A stretch of 64,000 nt of DNA from Elusimicrobiota bacterium (GTDB lineage: Bacteria > Elusimicrobiota > Elusimicrobia > Elusimicrobiales > UBA9959), in assembly GCA_036574205.1 (NCBI GenBank), contig JAINCQ010000037.1, forward strand, positions 1 to 64,000. Direction: 5' to 3'. Shown piece by piece: positions 36,162-46,720 of this stretch (the stretch's first letter is position 1; each line of letters starts with the position of its first letter). The notes beneath the pieces were generated by a model. That model searched no databases and was not told the DNA's origin. It worked only from the letters and a program-made list of their open reading frames with translations. The translations under genes were made by a program, and so were the position numbers.

Positions 36162-37619
36162 TTAGGGTATCTTAAGAGTTTTTATATAGTTTATTGCTTG
36201 TTTCTGAGTTTTTATTTTACCTTCAAGTTGTAGATTTATTAGTTTTTTCAGTATTTTCCCAACATTCGGTCCAGATGGTATATTAAGATTTTTCATTATA
36301 GTATCCCCATTTATAAGAGGCTTTATATCGGATTTTGAATTATATTTTTCATAATTTTTAATTATTGAGTTTACAACCTGTAAAAATCTTAATGTTTTTT
36401 TAAATCCAGTCCTAGGTAATTTGTTTGTTATTGCAAATGGCTTTGCCTTTGTTTTTTTATAAGATTTTTCAAGTTTTTTTTCACTTATATAACTTGAATG
36501 ATCACCCCATGATAATATCAAAAGTCCAAGTGCTGCCTCTTTTAAATCATAAAATATTCTCAATATAGCTTTTTGCGTTATTATATTATTATGTGCAATA
36601 TTGCCTATCCTGAGATGATTTGCTATTATTGTTTTTATATACTTTATTTCATTATTTGAAAACCTATAATCTCTTAATATTCTTTCTGCAAGTATTGCCC
36701 CATATTCTTCATGACCAAAAAATCTGAGCCTGTTGTCTATAACCTTTGCTTTATGAGGCTTTGCAATATCATGCAAAAGAGCGGCCATTTTTATTTCGTT
36801 TTTTCGGTTTTCTATTTCTTCTATAACTTTTTTTGAAGCAGATAAATACTTTTTTGGTGAAAGATAAAGTATATCAAGTCTTTTCAGGACATTAAAGGTG
36901 TGTTTTAATACACCTCCCTTACCATAATAGATTTCAGCGCATTTTATCTGAGATTTAAGAATAGGTAGAATTTCAAATAAAACTTCACTTTCAGCCATTT
37001 TTTTAAATACTGAAGATGAGTTATCAGATTTAAGTATTTTTAAAATCTCTTCCCTTATCCTCTCCTTAGCGGAAAGAGAAATAAGCTTCTTACAGTCAAC
37101 TATTTCTTTATGTGTTTTTGGGCTTATTTTAAAGCCCCAAGACATAAATCTATATGCTCTTAAAATTCTCAAAGGGTCATCATGAAAACTTTCTGGAGTA
37201 ATAGTTTTTATAATTTTATGTTTTAAATCTTTTATCCCTCCAGTTAAATTTATTATGTTTTTTGGGTTTAGCCTTAAATTAAATTTTTCATTTGTTATCT
37301 TTATGTTGGAGTTTTTTAATGGCACGGTAAGAGAATTTATTGTAAAATCCCTTTTGAATATGTCGGAGTTTATATCGTCTATGCGGGAAATATCTACAGT
37401 GAGATTTTTGAAGAGATTTATTCTGTATATTCCTCTTTCCTTATCAAGAGGAAAGATGTTATATTTGTTTGATATTTTTTTTAGTATCTCAAAAAAAAAT
37501 TTTGGGTTAGCGGATATAACAATATCAATATCGTATATATCTTCTTTAAGAAAATAATCTCTTATGGCTCCGCCAACGAGATAAGTTTCATAATCTCTTA
37601 ATAAATAAAACAAATCCAT
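36162..37619 (-). CDS. Class II tRNA nucleotidyltransferase with HD domain, probably CC-adding
   Basis: VGGAIRD...DIDI, KRDFTIN, DDPLRILR, ERIREE and LLHDIAK motifs. Confidence 0.88.
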   Translation of the reverse strand: MDLFYLLRDYETYLVGGAIRDYFLKEDIYDIDIVISANPKFFFEILKKISNKYNIFPLDKERGIYRINLFKNLTVDISRIDDINSDIFKRDFTINSLTVPLKNSNIKITNEKFNLRLNPKNIINLTGGIKDLKHKIIKTITPESFHDDPLRILRAYRFMSWGFKISPKTHKEIVDCKKLISLSAKERIREEILKILKSDNSSSVFKKMAESEVLFEILPILKSQIKCAEIYYGKGGVLKHTFNVLKRLDILYLSPKKYLSASKKVIEEIENRKNEIKMAALLHDIAKPHKAKVIDNRLRFFGHEEYGAILAERILRDYRFSNNEIKYIKTIIANHLRIGNIAHNNIITQKAILRIFYDLKEAALGLLILSWGDHSSYISEKKLEKSYKKTKAKPFAITNKLPRTGFKKTLRFLQVVNSIIKNYEKYNSKSDIKPLINGDTIMKNLNIPSGPNVGKILKKLINLQLEGKIKTQKQAINYIKTLKIP

Positions 37620-37647
37620 ATTTTTAATTTTAACATTTTTAAAAATG

Positions 37648-38526
37648 CTACTTTGCTATTCCTTTGTTTCTTGGGTCAAATATGTCTCTAAAAGCATCTC
37701 CTACAAGATTAAATCCAAGGACAAAAAAGAATATAAAAGCAGATGGTATTAATACAATATGCGAATATTCAGCCGGGTTTGAAAAACTTTGTATTATCCA
37801 GTTTCTTGACATAGAGATAATCTGTCCCCAATCAGAATATCCCGGGGGAGAACCAAGTCCAAGAAAGCTGAGAGAAGAAGCCATCAAAACTACATTTGCA
37901 ATATCCAGCGAAGCCATTATAACGATTGTATATACTGAATTTGGTATTATGTGTTTTTTTAGTATCCACCAGGAGCTTGCACCAAGTATTTTTGGATATA
38001 AAACAAAATCCATAGATTTTATTTTTAATATTTCGCTTCTAAAAAGTCTTGCATAAGAAGGCCATGAAACAAGAGCTAAAGCAATGATTATTTTATTTAT
38101 CCCGGGTCCTAAAACACTTGCTATAACCATTGCAAGAACAAGTGATGGTATTGAAAGAACTATATCGGTAAATCTCATTATAATTTCATCAAGCCATCTG
38201 CCATAATATCCGCTAATCCATCCTAAAATTATCCCTATAAAAAATGAAATAATTATTACTACAATGCTTATTTTAAATGCGAGCCTTGTTCCCCATACCA
38301 TTGCATAAAAAATGTCATATTGATTTTGGGTTGTGCCAAAGATAGCTTTTGAAGATGGCTTTTGGGGCTCAATGGAAAATCCATGTTGATTGGTTATGTA
38401 AGGGTCTATGTTTTGAGGTTTTGCGATAAGAGGAGCTAAAATGGCGATAATTATATAAGCTGATATAATAATTAATCCTATCGTAGATTGCTTATTGGAT
38501 AATAATTTTTTTATAATTTCATTCAT
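37648..38526 (-). CDS. dppC: Peptide ABC transporter permease DppC/OppC
   Basis: FGT...DIF...VWG.R and LSFLGLG motifs; start at ATG 38526 overlapping the dppB stop. Confidence 0.9.
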   Translation of the reverse strand: MNEIIKKLLSNKQSTIGLIIISAYIIIAILAPLIAKPQNIDPYITNQHGFSIEPQKPSSKAIFGTTQNQYDIFYAMVWGTRLAFKISIVVIIISFFIGIILGWISGYYGRWLDEIIMRFTDIVLSIPSLVLAMVIASVLGPGINKIIIALALVSWPSYARLFRSEILKIKSMDFVLYPKILGASSWWILKKHIIPNSVYTIVIMASLDIANVVLMASSLSFLGLGSPPGYSDWGQIISMSRNWIIQSFSNPAEYSHIVLIPSAFIFFFVLGFNLVGDAFRDIFDPRNKGIAK

Positions 38527-39550
38527 ATCGTATTCTTGGATCAACAATAGCGTATAAAATATCTATAATAAAATTTCCAACAACAAATAATAAAGAAATA
38601 ACTATAGCAAAACCCATAACCCCGCTTATATCAAGCTGGCTTGCTGCTTTAACCCCCCAGCTTCCTATACCTGGCCAGTCAAATATAGTTTCGGTTATCA
38701 CCACTCCTCCTAAAAGCCTTATAAGCTGTAGTCCCCCTATCGTTATCTGCGGTATAAGTATATTCTTTTTTATATGTTTATTTATGATATATTTTTCATC
38801 AAGTCCCTTTGCTTTAAGGGTTCTGACATAGTCCTTATTAATCTCTTCAATAGCCGATGTCCTTGTTATTTTTATAAAAACTGCGGATGTTCCAAGAAAT
38901 ATAGAAAAGGCAGGAAGAAAAAGATGTTTTAATGAATCTATAAAAATAAAAAAGTTTAAATTTAAAATTGAGTCTATCAGCATAAAATTTGTATATCTAA
39001 TAAATTTCCCGCTTGATATAATTATGTCAGTTTCCACTGAATATCTCTGTGGCTCAAATATTCCCAGTATTCCATAAAAAATCAACAAAAGCATTATGCC
39101 TATTATAAAAGAAGGCATTGAGTAAAAAAATGACGAAAAAAATCTTACAGTTTTATCTATCCATAAACCCTGTTTTAGGGCAGAGATAAGTCCCAGAAAA
39201 TTTCCTATTAAGAATATTGGAATTATTGAAAAAAGAGCAAGTTCTATAGTTGCGGGTAAATACGTTTTTATGGCATCAGAAACTTTCATCCTTGCAGTTT
39301 GAGAATATCCTAAATCTCCTTTAAGCATTTTTGAAAGCCATTTCAGATATCTTATAGGTATTGGTTTATCCAGATTATATTGGGTTATTAGTTCATTTAT
39401 CTCCTCTGATGTAAGTTCTTTATCGGAGGTAGAGTATGAGATTGCAAGTGTTGATGGTGGAAGTATGTTTATTATTGTAAATAATATGAATGTTATCCCC
39501 AAAAAAGTAAGTGGAAGTAATAAAATTTTTCTCAAAAAAAATTTTTTCAT
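38519..39550 (-). CDS. dppB: Peptide ABC transporter permease DppB/OppB
   Basis: GDLGYS, PATIEL, DYVRTLKAKGL and ETIFDWPGIG motifs. Confidence 0.92.
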   Translation of the reverse strand: MKKFFLRKILLLPLTFLGITFILFTIINILPPSTLAISYSTSDKELTSEEINELITQYNLDKPIPIRYLKWLSKMLKGDLGYSQTARMKVSDAIKTYLPATIELALFSIIPIFLIGNFLGLISALKQGLWIDKTVRFFSSFFYSMPSFIIGIMLLLIFYGILGIFEPQRYSVETDIIISSGKFIRYTNFMLIDSILNLNFFIFIDSLKHLFLPAFSIFLGTSAVFIKITRTSAIEEINKDYVRTLKAKGLDEKYIINKHIKKNILIPQITIGGLQLIRLLGGVVITETIFDWPGIGSWGVKAASQLDISGVMGFAIVISLLFVVGNFIIDILYAIVDPRIRYE

Positions 39551-40668
39551 TCTTTTGCCATCTCCGCTATTATTGATTTTGCAACATCCTTTGAAATTAT
39601 AGCCTCTTTTATATTTAGTTTTTCATAAGGTGTATGAACATTTTTCATCCCTGTGGGGATATTTGCTGTCTTTATTCCCATTTTAAAAAAATTATTTGCG
39701 TCAGTTCCGCCAAAACTTTTTATAAATTTGGCTTTTAATCCAATCTTTTTATATGAGTTTTCTATATTTTTTAATAATACCTTATCTTTTTCTATTGAAA
39801 AGCTTTCAAATCTTTTTCTTATATTAATTAAACATTTTGATTTTTTATACTCTTTTTGACTGGATACAAAGTCAACTATCTGCTTTATTTTGCTTTCAAC
39901 TTTAATTATCTCTTTTAAATCAAAACTACGTATCTCTCCCTCAGCTTGCGCAAAAGGTGGAACTATGTTTATTCCTGATCCTCCTTTTACAAATCCAATA
40001 TTTATAGTAGTGTTTTTTGAAATCCTTCCCTGTGTTATTTGGGATATTATTTTTGAAATTATAGATATAGCTGAAACTCCTTTCTCTGGTTCTACCCCGG
40101 AATGTGCCGCAATCCCTTTAACATCTATTGTGAAATTATCCACTCCGACTGATGATATAACCACTTCATTTATTTTCTTTTCATTATCAAATACAAGTCC
40201 ATATTTAGATTTTAAGAGATCTTTTTTCATAAATCTTGTCCCTAAAAGCCCTATTTCCTCGCATACCGAAAATACCAGTTCAAGTGGAGGATGATTAATT
40301 TTTTCTTTTATTAACTCTTTTACAGCATGGATTATTATTGCTATACCAGCCTTGCAATCAGCTCCAAGTATTGTTTTGTTAGCTGTTGTTATAAAACCGT
40401 TTTTTACAATTATATTTGGTTTTGTTTCAGTTGATACTGTGTCAAGATGCGCTGAAAGAAGGAAAGGCTTTAATTTTTTGTCACCAGGTATTTTGACTAT
40501 AAGATTACCTGTTTCGCTTTGAGTAAACTTTTGAGTTTCATCTATTATAATTTCAGATGAAATTTCACTTAATTCTTTTTTTACATATTCGCATATTTGT
40601 TTTTCTTTTCTTGAAGGAGATATTATCTCAGCCATTTCGCAAAAGGTTTTTATCATTGGACTAATCAT
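39547..40668 (-). CDS. M20-family metallopeptidase (peptidase T-like)
   Basis: SAHLDTV, LGADCKAG, EEIG, GGTDAN and VHT motifs. Confidence 0.88.
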   Translation of the reverse strand: MISPMIKTFCEMAEIISPSRKEKQICEYVKKELSEISSEIIIDETQKFTQSETGNLIVKIPGDKKLKPFLLSAHLDTVSTETKPNIIVKNGFITTANKTILGADCKAGIAIIIHAVKELIKEKINHPPLELVFSVCEEIGLLGTRFMKKDLLKSKYGLVFDNEKKINEVVISSVGVDNFTIDVKGIAAHSGVEPEKGVSAISIISKIISQITQGRISKNTTINIGFVKGGSGINIVPPFAQAEGEIRSFDLKEIIKVESKIKQIVDFVSSQKEYKKSKCLINIRKRFESFSIEKDKVLLKNIENSYKKIGLKAKFIKSFGGTDANNFFKMGIKTANIPTGMKNVHTPYEKLNIKEAIISKDVAKSIIAEMAKE

Positions 40669-41549
40669 TTACTTACCTCTATGCATTTGTAATAGTGATT
40701 TTTTCCTGCGGATGAGACTTTTCCATCAAATTTAAGGCATGCTTCTGAAAATTCTATACAGATATTTGAGAATACACAGGCTGAATTTACTTCTCTTTCA
40801 ACTATGGATATTTTCTCATTTTTTTTGTCAGTTGAAAGTATAGATGATATGAGAAGTTTTGTGTATGGATGCGCTGGTTTTGTTATAACAGCCTGAGTAT
40901 CCCCCCATTCAAGCATCTCTCCTTTATAAAGTATTATAACTTTGTTTGTTAAATAATATATAGATGATATATCGTGTGAGACAAAAATTAGCGTAAATTT
41001 ATACTCTTTCAAAAGATCTTTTAATAAATTTAGAATCTGAGCTGAAATTGATATGTCAAGGCTTGAAATAGGTTCATCGCATATTAATAAATCAGGTTTT
41101 GTTATTATAGCTCTTGCTATAGCAACCCTTTGTTTTTGTCCACCTGAAAGTTGATGTGGATATTTATGTGCCAGATCATAAGAAAGTCCAACCTTTAAGA
41201 TTGTTTCAGTAAATAACTTATCCAGGTTTTTTTTGTCTTTTGGTTTTTGGAGTAGAAGTGGTTCCAATACAATATCTTTTATTTTCATTCGTGGATTAAG
41301 ACTTGACGCAGGATCCTGAAAAATATACTGTATATGTATAGTGGGAGAATTTTCGTTTGTATTGAATTTGATCTCCCCCTTAGTTGCTTTTTCAACTTGA
41401 GCTATAGCCTTACATAAAGTAGTTTTCCCGCTTCCAGACTGGCCCGCTATCCCAAGGGCATCGCCTTTTTCAATATCAAATGAGATATTTTTTAAAGCGA
41501 AAAAATTTTTATATTTTACGCTCAGGTCTTTTATTTCAAGTATTTTCAT
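40665..41549 (-). CDS. dppF: Peptide ABC transporter ATPase DppF/OppF
   Basis: [24 protein letters not shown] and HPYT motifs; Cys-containing tail. Confidence 0.9.
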   Translation of the reverse strand: MKILEIKDLSVKYKNFFALKNISFDIEKGDALGIAGQSGSGKTTLCKAIAQVEKATKGEIKFNTNENSPTIHIQYIFQDPASSLNPRMKIKDIVLEPLLLQKPKDKKNLDKLFTETILKVGLSYDLAHKYPHQLSGGQKQRVAIARAIITKPDLLICDEPISSLDISISAQILNLLKDLLKEYKFTLIFVSHDISSIYYLTNKVIILYKGEMLEWGDTQAVITKPAHPYTKLLISSILSTDKKNEKISIVEREVNSACVFSNICIEFSEACLKFDGKVSSAGKNHYYKCIEVSK

Positions 41550-42487
41550 ACATTCCAGCAGCTATAAAAACCACTCTCAGTTTTATTTGATGGCGGCTTT
41601 TTCATACATTTTTCATTTGCGAAATTGCATCTTGTCATAAATCTACATCCCCGGGGCATTTCAAATATTGATGGCATTATGCCTTTTATTGTTTTAAGAG
41701 TATCTTTCTTTTCTAATTTTACTATTGATTCTATAAGCGATTTTGTGTAAGGGTGTCTTGGATTTTTTATTATATCCTCTGTTTTGCCTTCTTCCATAAT
41801 CTCGCCTAAATACATAACATAAACATAATCTGAATACTGCGAAACTATGGCAAAATTATGTGTAATAAGCATAACGGAAAGTTCTTTTTCTTTTTTCAGT
41901 TTTTCAAGCAGGTTTAATATTTCTATCTGAGTAACTACATCAAGCGCTGTTGTAGGTTCGTCAGCTATTATAAGCGAAGGGTCGGTTAAAAGTGAGGTGG
42001 CTATTAGTATTCTTTGCCTTTGTCCTCCGGAGAAATTGTGAGGATACATTTTTATTTTATCTGGTGGTATTCCTACTGTTTTAAGTAATTCTCTGGCTTT
42101 ATTAATAGCATTTTTTTTATCGGCTAATTTATGCTGGATTAAAACTTCTATCATCTGTGTCTGAATATTGACTACTGGATTTAATGCAGTAAGTGGTTCC
42201 TGAAAAACAAATGAAATTTCTTTCCCTCTCAACTTTCTTATTTCATTTTCTCCCAACTGAGCTATGTTTTTACCTTTAAATATTATCTCCCCGCTTTCTA
42301 TAAATATGTTTTTATCAAGAAGCTTTATTATTGAAAGAGCGGTAAGTGTTTTCCCGCTTCCAGACTCCCCTACAATAGCAACTGTTTGACCTTTTTCTAT
42401 TTTTATTGAAACATTATTTACTATGTTGTATTTTTTTGAGTTTATATTGGCGGAAAGAGAAAGATTTCTTATTTCAAGCGTATTCAT
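41546..42487 (-). CDS. dppD: Peptide ABC transporter ATPase DppD/OppD
   Basis: GESGSGKT, FSGGQRQR, ADEPTTALD and GCRF..RC motifs. Confidence 0.92.
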   Translation of the reverse strand: MNTLEIRNLSLSANINSKKYNIVNNVSIKIEKGQTVAIVGESGSGKTLTALSIIKLLDKNIFIESGEIIFKGKNIAQLGENEIRKLRGKEISFVFQEPLTALNPVVNIQTQMIEVLIQHKLADKKNAINKARELLKTVGIPPDKIKMYPHNFSGGQRQRILIATSLLTDPSLIIADEPTTALDVVTQIEILNLLEKLKKEKELSVMLITHNFAIVSQYSDYVYVMYLGEIMEEGKTEDIIKNPRHPYTKSLIESIVKLEKKDTLKTIKGIMPSIFEMPRGCRFMTRCNFANEKCMKKPPSNKTESGFYSCWNV

Positions 42488-42930
42488 TTAGAATTTAATA
42501 TGATAGTTACCGGTCCATCATTTTCAAGAGCAACAACCATCTCCTCTTGAAAAACCCCGGTTTTTATTTTTTGGGGATTGTAGTTTTCCTTTAATTTTTT
42601 TACAAAAAGATTATAGAACTCAAGGGCTTTGTCAGGAGGCATTGCTTTTGAAAAATCGGGTCGTCTTCCTTTTGAGGCGTCGCCTATGAGGGTAAACTGA
42701 GAAACAGCAATAATTTCTCCCTCTATGTCTTTTATTGAAAGGTCAAATTTTCCTCTGTCATTTGAAAATATTCTGAGATTTAATATTTTATTAACCATCC
42801 ACTCTATATCTTTTTCATTATCATCTTTGGCAAATCCACATAAAACAAGATATCCTTCAGCTATTTGAGAGTAAATCTGGTTGGCTATTTTGACATTTGA
42901 TTTTAAAACCCTTTGAACTACACAAATCAT
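42484..42930 (-). CDS. dtd: D-aminoacyl-tRNA deacylase
   Basis: VVQRV, SQFTL, KGRRP.F and NDGPVT motifs; start at ATG 42930. Confidence 0.95.
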   Translation of the reverse strand: MICVVQRVLKSNVKIANQIYSQIAEGYLVLCGFAKDDNEKDIEWMVNKILNLRIFSNDRGKFDLSIKDIEGEIIAVSQFTLIGDASKGRRPDFSKAMPPDKALEFYNLFVKKLKENYNPQKIKTGVFQEEMVVALENDGPVTIILNSK

Positions 42931-42987
42931 ATTTTCCAAGATAATTGCCCAATTTTATGATCTTAGATAAAGATCTTATATTATCTG

Positions 42988-44112
42988 TTATTGTTCAAGC
43001 AATTCAACATTTGCTCTTGGGACAATAACTTTTTCTCCAGTTTCAAGTTCAACCTCAAGAATTCTTACATGACTTTCTGTCTGGATAATTGTTGGTTGTG
43101 GTGGAAGATTTGAGACTCTCCCAATGAGACCAAAATAAGGTTCTCTTATTATTCTTATCCTATCGCCTATCTCCATCCATGTTCTTGATTCATCTTTTCT
43201 TTTAACATCCATATTCTTTGGCGCTCCGCAAATTATTATCTCTGGCCTCATTACCCCCGCTCTTATCTGAGTTGCACCGCTTACAGATGCTTTTTCTCCT
43301 TCCCTTGCCTTTAATAGTTTAAATGTATATTCAGCCATTCTTATCTGCCCAAATCCTTCAGTTGTGATAATAGTTATCCCTATTTTTTCTGTGCCGGTTA
43401 CAGCAACACCTATATCATAACCCAGTAATTGTCTTAAGTCTTTATCGTGTATGCCGGCAACCACTATTGCATTTACACCTATTTTAATTGCTTTTTTTAT
43501 TGTTTCAATTCCCGCATGTTTTCCGCCAACTATTATCTTTTCTCTATCTGAATCCTTTATGTGCTCTGGAAGTAGTTCTTCGTCAGGAGTGTCAACGGCA
43601 ACCCTTATCTCTCCGTTTGTCTCTCCGCCTATTCCAAATATTCCCTGTATAAACGTCCCTTCAGTTTCTATTTCAACCCCAAAGTTTTGTTCAACTTTCA
43701 CAACTTTTCCTTTTATATAAGCTTTTAACGGAAGTATTTTTGGAGGTTCTCTAAATAAAACCTGTCCTGTTACTTCAGAAATTGAATCAAGAGTGCCTGT
43801 TATCGGGGAGACAACCTGCGAGCGGAGAAATCTTATAAAGGGTTTTGTCTCGGCTATAACCTCTCCCTTTTTTACACTATCCCCAGGTTTTTTGATCAGG
43901 TAATTTTTCATTTCAGCTGGCGTAATTCCCAGTCTGTTTGCTACATTAACAGAGTATACTTTTCCAGGAATCTGAGCTTCAGCTACAACATCAAGCGCAT
44001 CAACCTCTTTCCCCTCAGATACAAGAACCTTGCCAGGTATTGGTAACGTCCTTTTTTTCTTTATTAACGTTAGTGGTAAAACTTTTAATCCGGGAGTATA
44101 CGCATGAGCCAT
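42988..44112 (-). CDS. Uncharacterised GlmL-associated protein (barrel-sandwich-hybrid repeats + KOW-like C-terminus)
   Basis: VLVSEGKEV, KKPGDSVKKGEVIA...SPITG and IGDRIRIIREPYFGLIGRV motifs; strong SD. Confidence 0.7.
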   Translation of the reverse strand: MAHAYTPGLKVLPLTLIKKKRTLPIPGKVLVSEGKEVDALDVVAEAQIPGKVYSVNVANRLGITPAEMKNYLIKKPGDSVKKGEVIAETKPFIRFLRSQVVSPITGTLDSISEVTGQVLFREPPKILPLKAYIKGKVVKVEQNFGVEIETEGTFIQGIFGIGGETNGEIRVAVDTPDEELLPEHIKDSDREKIIVGGKHAGIETIKKAIKIGVNAIVVAGIHDKDLRQLLGYDIGVAVTGTEKIGITIITTEGFGQIRMAEYTFKLLKAREGEKASVSGATQIRAGVMRPEIIICGAPKNMDVKRKDESRTWMEIGDRIRIIREPYFGLIGRVSNLPPQPTIIQTESHVRILEVELETGEKVIVPRANVELLEQ

Positions 44113-44122
44113 TTTTCCCTCC

Positions 44123-45919
44123 TTATTTTTCAGGATACATTTTTATTTTACTTAACCATTTATTAAGGTTTTCTATCCTCTTTGATTCGCTTTTTGAAAT
44201 TTCTAAAGGTCTTCCTCTTCCATCAAAGAGTATTCCTCCAACCCCACCCTGTATCTTTGCTTTTACCTTTGCATTTTTCCCTTCTCCTGCATTAAATCCT
44301 TTCATTGGTTTAAGGATTATCTCAGCTTCATCATCAGGTAATTCCACAAGGTATATTTCTCCAAACCTTAACTCTCCATTTATAACTTTCCCTTCTTTTG
44401 TTTTTATCTCCCATTCTAAAATTAACTCTCCTTCCTTTGCAACTCCGACTGGGGCAATAGTTGTACCAAGTTTTATAAGGCAGTCATTATAAAAGACGTC
44501 CAGCGCAGCTTTTTCGCTTATCTGAGATAATACCCCAAGATGAGGCATCATAAATATTGAATCCACTGCAAGCATTGTTATTCCTTCAAGTTGATAGGAG
44601 TCTGTCATTAGAACCATTGACTGAACTCTTCTTGGAGAATGAGCCAATACCCCGCCGGACCCTATAACATAATTTAGTTTCATCATATTTATCAAAGATT
44701 GACCGGTGGATGTCTGTTCAAAGGCGTCTGAGATAGACCTTTCCTGTTGCACACCTTTAAGTCCAACAGCAAGAAGTTTATGCTGTTCTAAAGCAAGCCT
44801 TAATGCTTCTCTTGCCACGGCGTGTTCTATCATCAGGTCTTCTATAGTTTGTGGTATGGTCGTTGGTCGTATCATTTTGTTTTTCAGTCTATTTCTTATG
44901 TCCTGCTCGTCAATTTTAAAAGGAAGCCATCTCATTATATTCTGAACCCCGGCTTCGGCCATCACATTTGAAACCGAATAGCTCATTCCAAGATTAGCGC
45001 TTACGGTTCTATTGAATATACCGTCAAATATTGAAAAAACATCAGTTGTTGCTCCACCTATATCTACTGCAAGAACATTGTATCCCTTTGCCTTTGCGAA
45101 TTTTTCAGTCATAAGGCCTACAGCCATTGGGGTTGGCATTATAGGAGCGCCAACCATTTTCATTAATTTGGGATAGCCCGGAGCCTGTTGCATAACGTGT
45201 TCAAGAAAAACGTCATGTATTTTATGCCTTGCTGGCATAAGATTCTCTCTTTCAAGAACTGGCCTGATATTTTCGGTTATCATCAAAGCAGTTTTTTGAT
45301 CAAGTATTTCTTTAACTTTATCTCTTGCGGCATTATTGCCGGCGTATATAACTGGAAGCTTATAAGAGGCTCCAAGCCTTGGCTTTGGATCTGCGGCTTT
45401 TATAAAATTTGCAAGTTCAACGACATGTGTAATTGTTCCCCCATCAGTTCCGCCTGATAGAAGTATCATATCAGGTCTGAGCTGTCTTATTCTTTCTATT
45501 TTTTCATGATCCGCCCTTCCGTCATTTGAGGCTATTATATCCATTACTATTGCTCCAGCGCCAAGGGCGCATCTCTGAGCGGATTCTCCTGTCATTGATT
45601 TCACAGCCCCGGCAACCATCATCTGAAGTCCTCCTCCAGCAGAGCTTGTTGAAACATATATATCTACTCCTGTATTATCTTTATTTGGTGTAATAACTTT
45701 ATCTCCATCTAAAATTTTTCTACCTGAAAGTTCTTCAACCTCTGTAATCGCGTTTTTTACTCCGCAGGTAACATCCTCAAAAGGGGCTTCAACTGTCGTT
45801 GGAGCTTCTCCTCTAAAAGTTTGTCTATATGTATCGCCTTTTTTTTCTATTAAAATTGCTTTAGTTGTGGTGCTTCCGCAGTCAGTAGCTATTATAACAT
45901 TTAAATCCTTATCACTCAT
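44123..45919 (-). CDS. GlmL/MutL(glutamate mutase L)-like ASKHA ATPase
   Basis: TDCGSTTTK, SSAGGGL, LLSGGTDGG, PTP, DIGGATTDVFS, RTVSANLGM and GSGGVL motifs. Confidence 0.85.
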   Translation of the reverse strand: MSDKDLNVIIATDCGSTTTKAILIEKKGDTYRQTFRGEAPTTVEAPFEDVTCGVKNAITEVEELSGRKILDGDKVITPNKDNTGVDIYVSTSSAGGGLQMMVAGAVKSMTGESAQRCALGAGAIVMDIIASNDGRADHEKIERIRQLRPDMILLSGGTDGGTITHVVELANFIKAADPKPRLGASYKLPVIYAGNNAARDKVKEILDQKTALMITENIRPVLERENLMPARHKIHDVFLEHVMQQAPGYPKLMKMVGAPIMPTPMAVGLMTEKFAKAKGYNVLAVDIGGATTDVFSIFDGIFNRTVSANLGMSYSVSNVMAEAGVQNIMRWLPFKIDEQDIRNRLKNKMIRPTTIPQTIEDLMIEHAVAREALRLALEQHKLLAVGLKGVQQERSISDAFEQTSTGQSLINMMKLNYVIGSGGVLAHSPRRVQSMVLMTDSYQLEGITMLAVDSIFMMPHLGVLSQISEKAALDVFYNDCLIKLGTTIAPVGVAKEGELILEWEIKTKEGKVINGELRFGEIYLVELPDDEAEIILKPMKGFNAGEGKNAKVKAKIQGGVGGILFDGRGRPLEISKSESKRIENLNKWLSKIKMYPEK

Positions 45920-46214
45920 TTTTACCTCCTTCTAATTGTTGCTTTAAATATTCTATACCCTTTGGATTTTCAATAATACTTGAAAGTTTGGTTAGCTCTT
46001 GCTTTGAAAATATAAATCCTAATGTTGGTTCTATAAAATACATAATGTTTGAGGCTATTGTATGAATAGGTGTTGTTGCTTCAAGAGCAAATATTGCAAT
46101 ATCTTCCATCTTGCGTTTTTTTATTTTTATTGCTGCTCTTAAAATAAAATCCTTCTCATCCTCAGAAAGTTGTCTTCCTTTATTTATCTTAAAAGCATTT
46201 GACCATATGCTCAT
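45912..46214 (-). CDS. Hypothetical protein overlapping the start of the GlmL-like gene
   Basis: 100-aa ORF whose 3' end supplies the SD (GGAGG) for the next gene. Confidence 0.7.
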   Translation of the reverse strand: MSIWSNAFKINKGRQLSEDEKDFILRAAIKIKKRKMEDIAIFALEATTPIHTIASNIMYFIEPTLGFIFSKQELTKLSSIIENPKGIEYLKQQLEGGKNE

Positions 46215-46255
46215 AACTAAATTATATTATTTTTTTTCTAACTTTTCCATTTGCT

Positions 46256-46720
46256 TTATTTTAACCATCTTAATTTGATTTTCTCTCCTTTTTTGATTCC
46301 AATTTTTCTAGCCATCCCGGCATTTAATTCTATTACATACATAGCATTTGAACTAACCCTTGCAATTTTTTCATTAGGTGTTGTATCTCCAGAGGCGGGC
46401 GTTTCGGCAAATATTTCATTTACCTTAAAATTTTTTGAAACAAAAATTATGTCAAGCGGAATGTACGTGTTTTTCATCCAGAATGTCCTTTCTGTCTCTT
46501 CTTCAAAAATAAATATCATGCCGCATTTTTCACAAAGGTTCTTCCTGAACATTAACCCAAGCGTTCTTTCGTGTTCAGTTCTGGCTATCTCAAGAGATAT
46601 CTCAACCCCATTTGCTTTCAATATGGCTTTTTTTGCGTTTTTTATAGAATTGTTATTCATAGAAAAAAATGCTATTAAACACAGTATAATTATTAAAGCT
46701 GTTATAAAAATTTTTTTCAT
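46256..46720 (-). CDS. DUF192 family exported protein
   Basis: EIART...GLMFR...GMIFIF...FWMKNTYIPLDIIF...VIELNAG. Confidence 0.92.
   Translation of the reverse strand: MKKIFITALIIILCLIAFFSMNNNSIKNAKKAILKANGVEISLEIARTEHERTLGLMFRKNLCEKCGMIFIFEEETERTFWMKNTYIPLDIIFVSKNFKVNEIFAETPASGDTTPNEKIARVSSNAMYVIELNAGMARKIGIKKGEKIKLRWLK

Noticed and set aside
44123..45919. Calling the ATPase DNA-repair MutL or evidence of glutamate fermentation
   Set aside because: Motifs are ASKHA-type, not GHKL, and no glutamate mutase subunits are in the window
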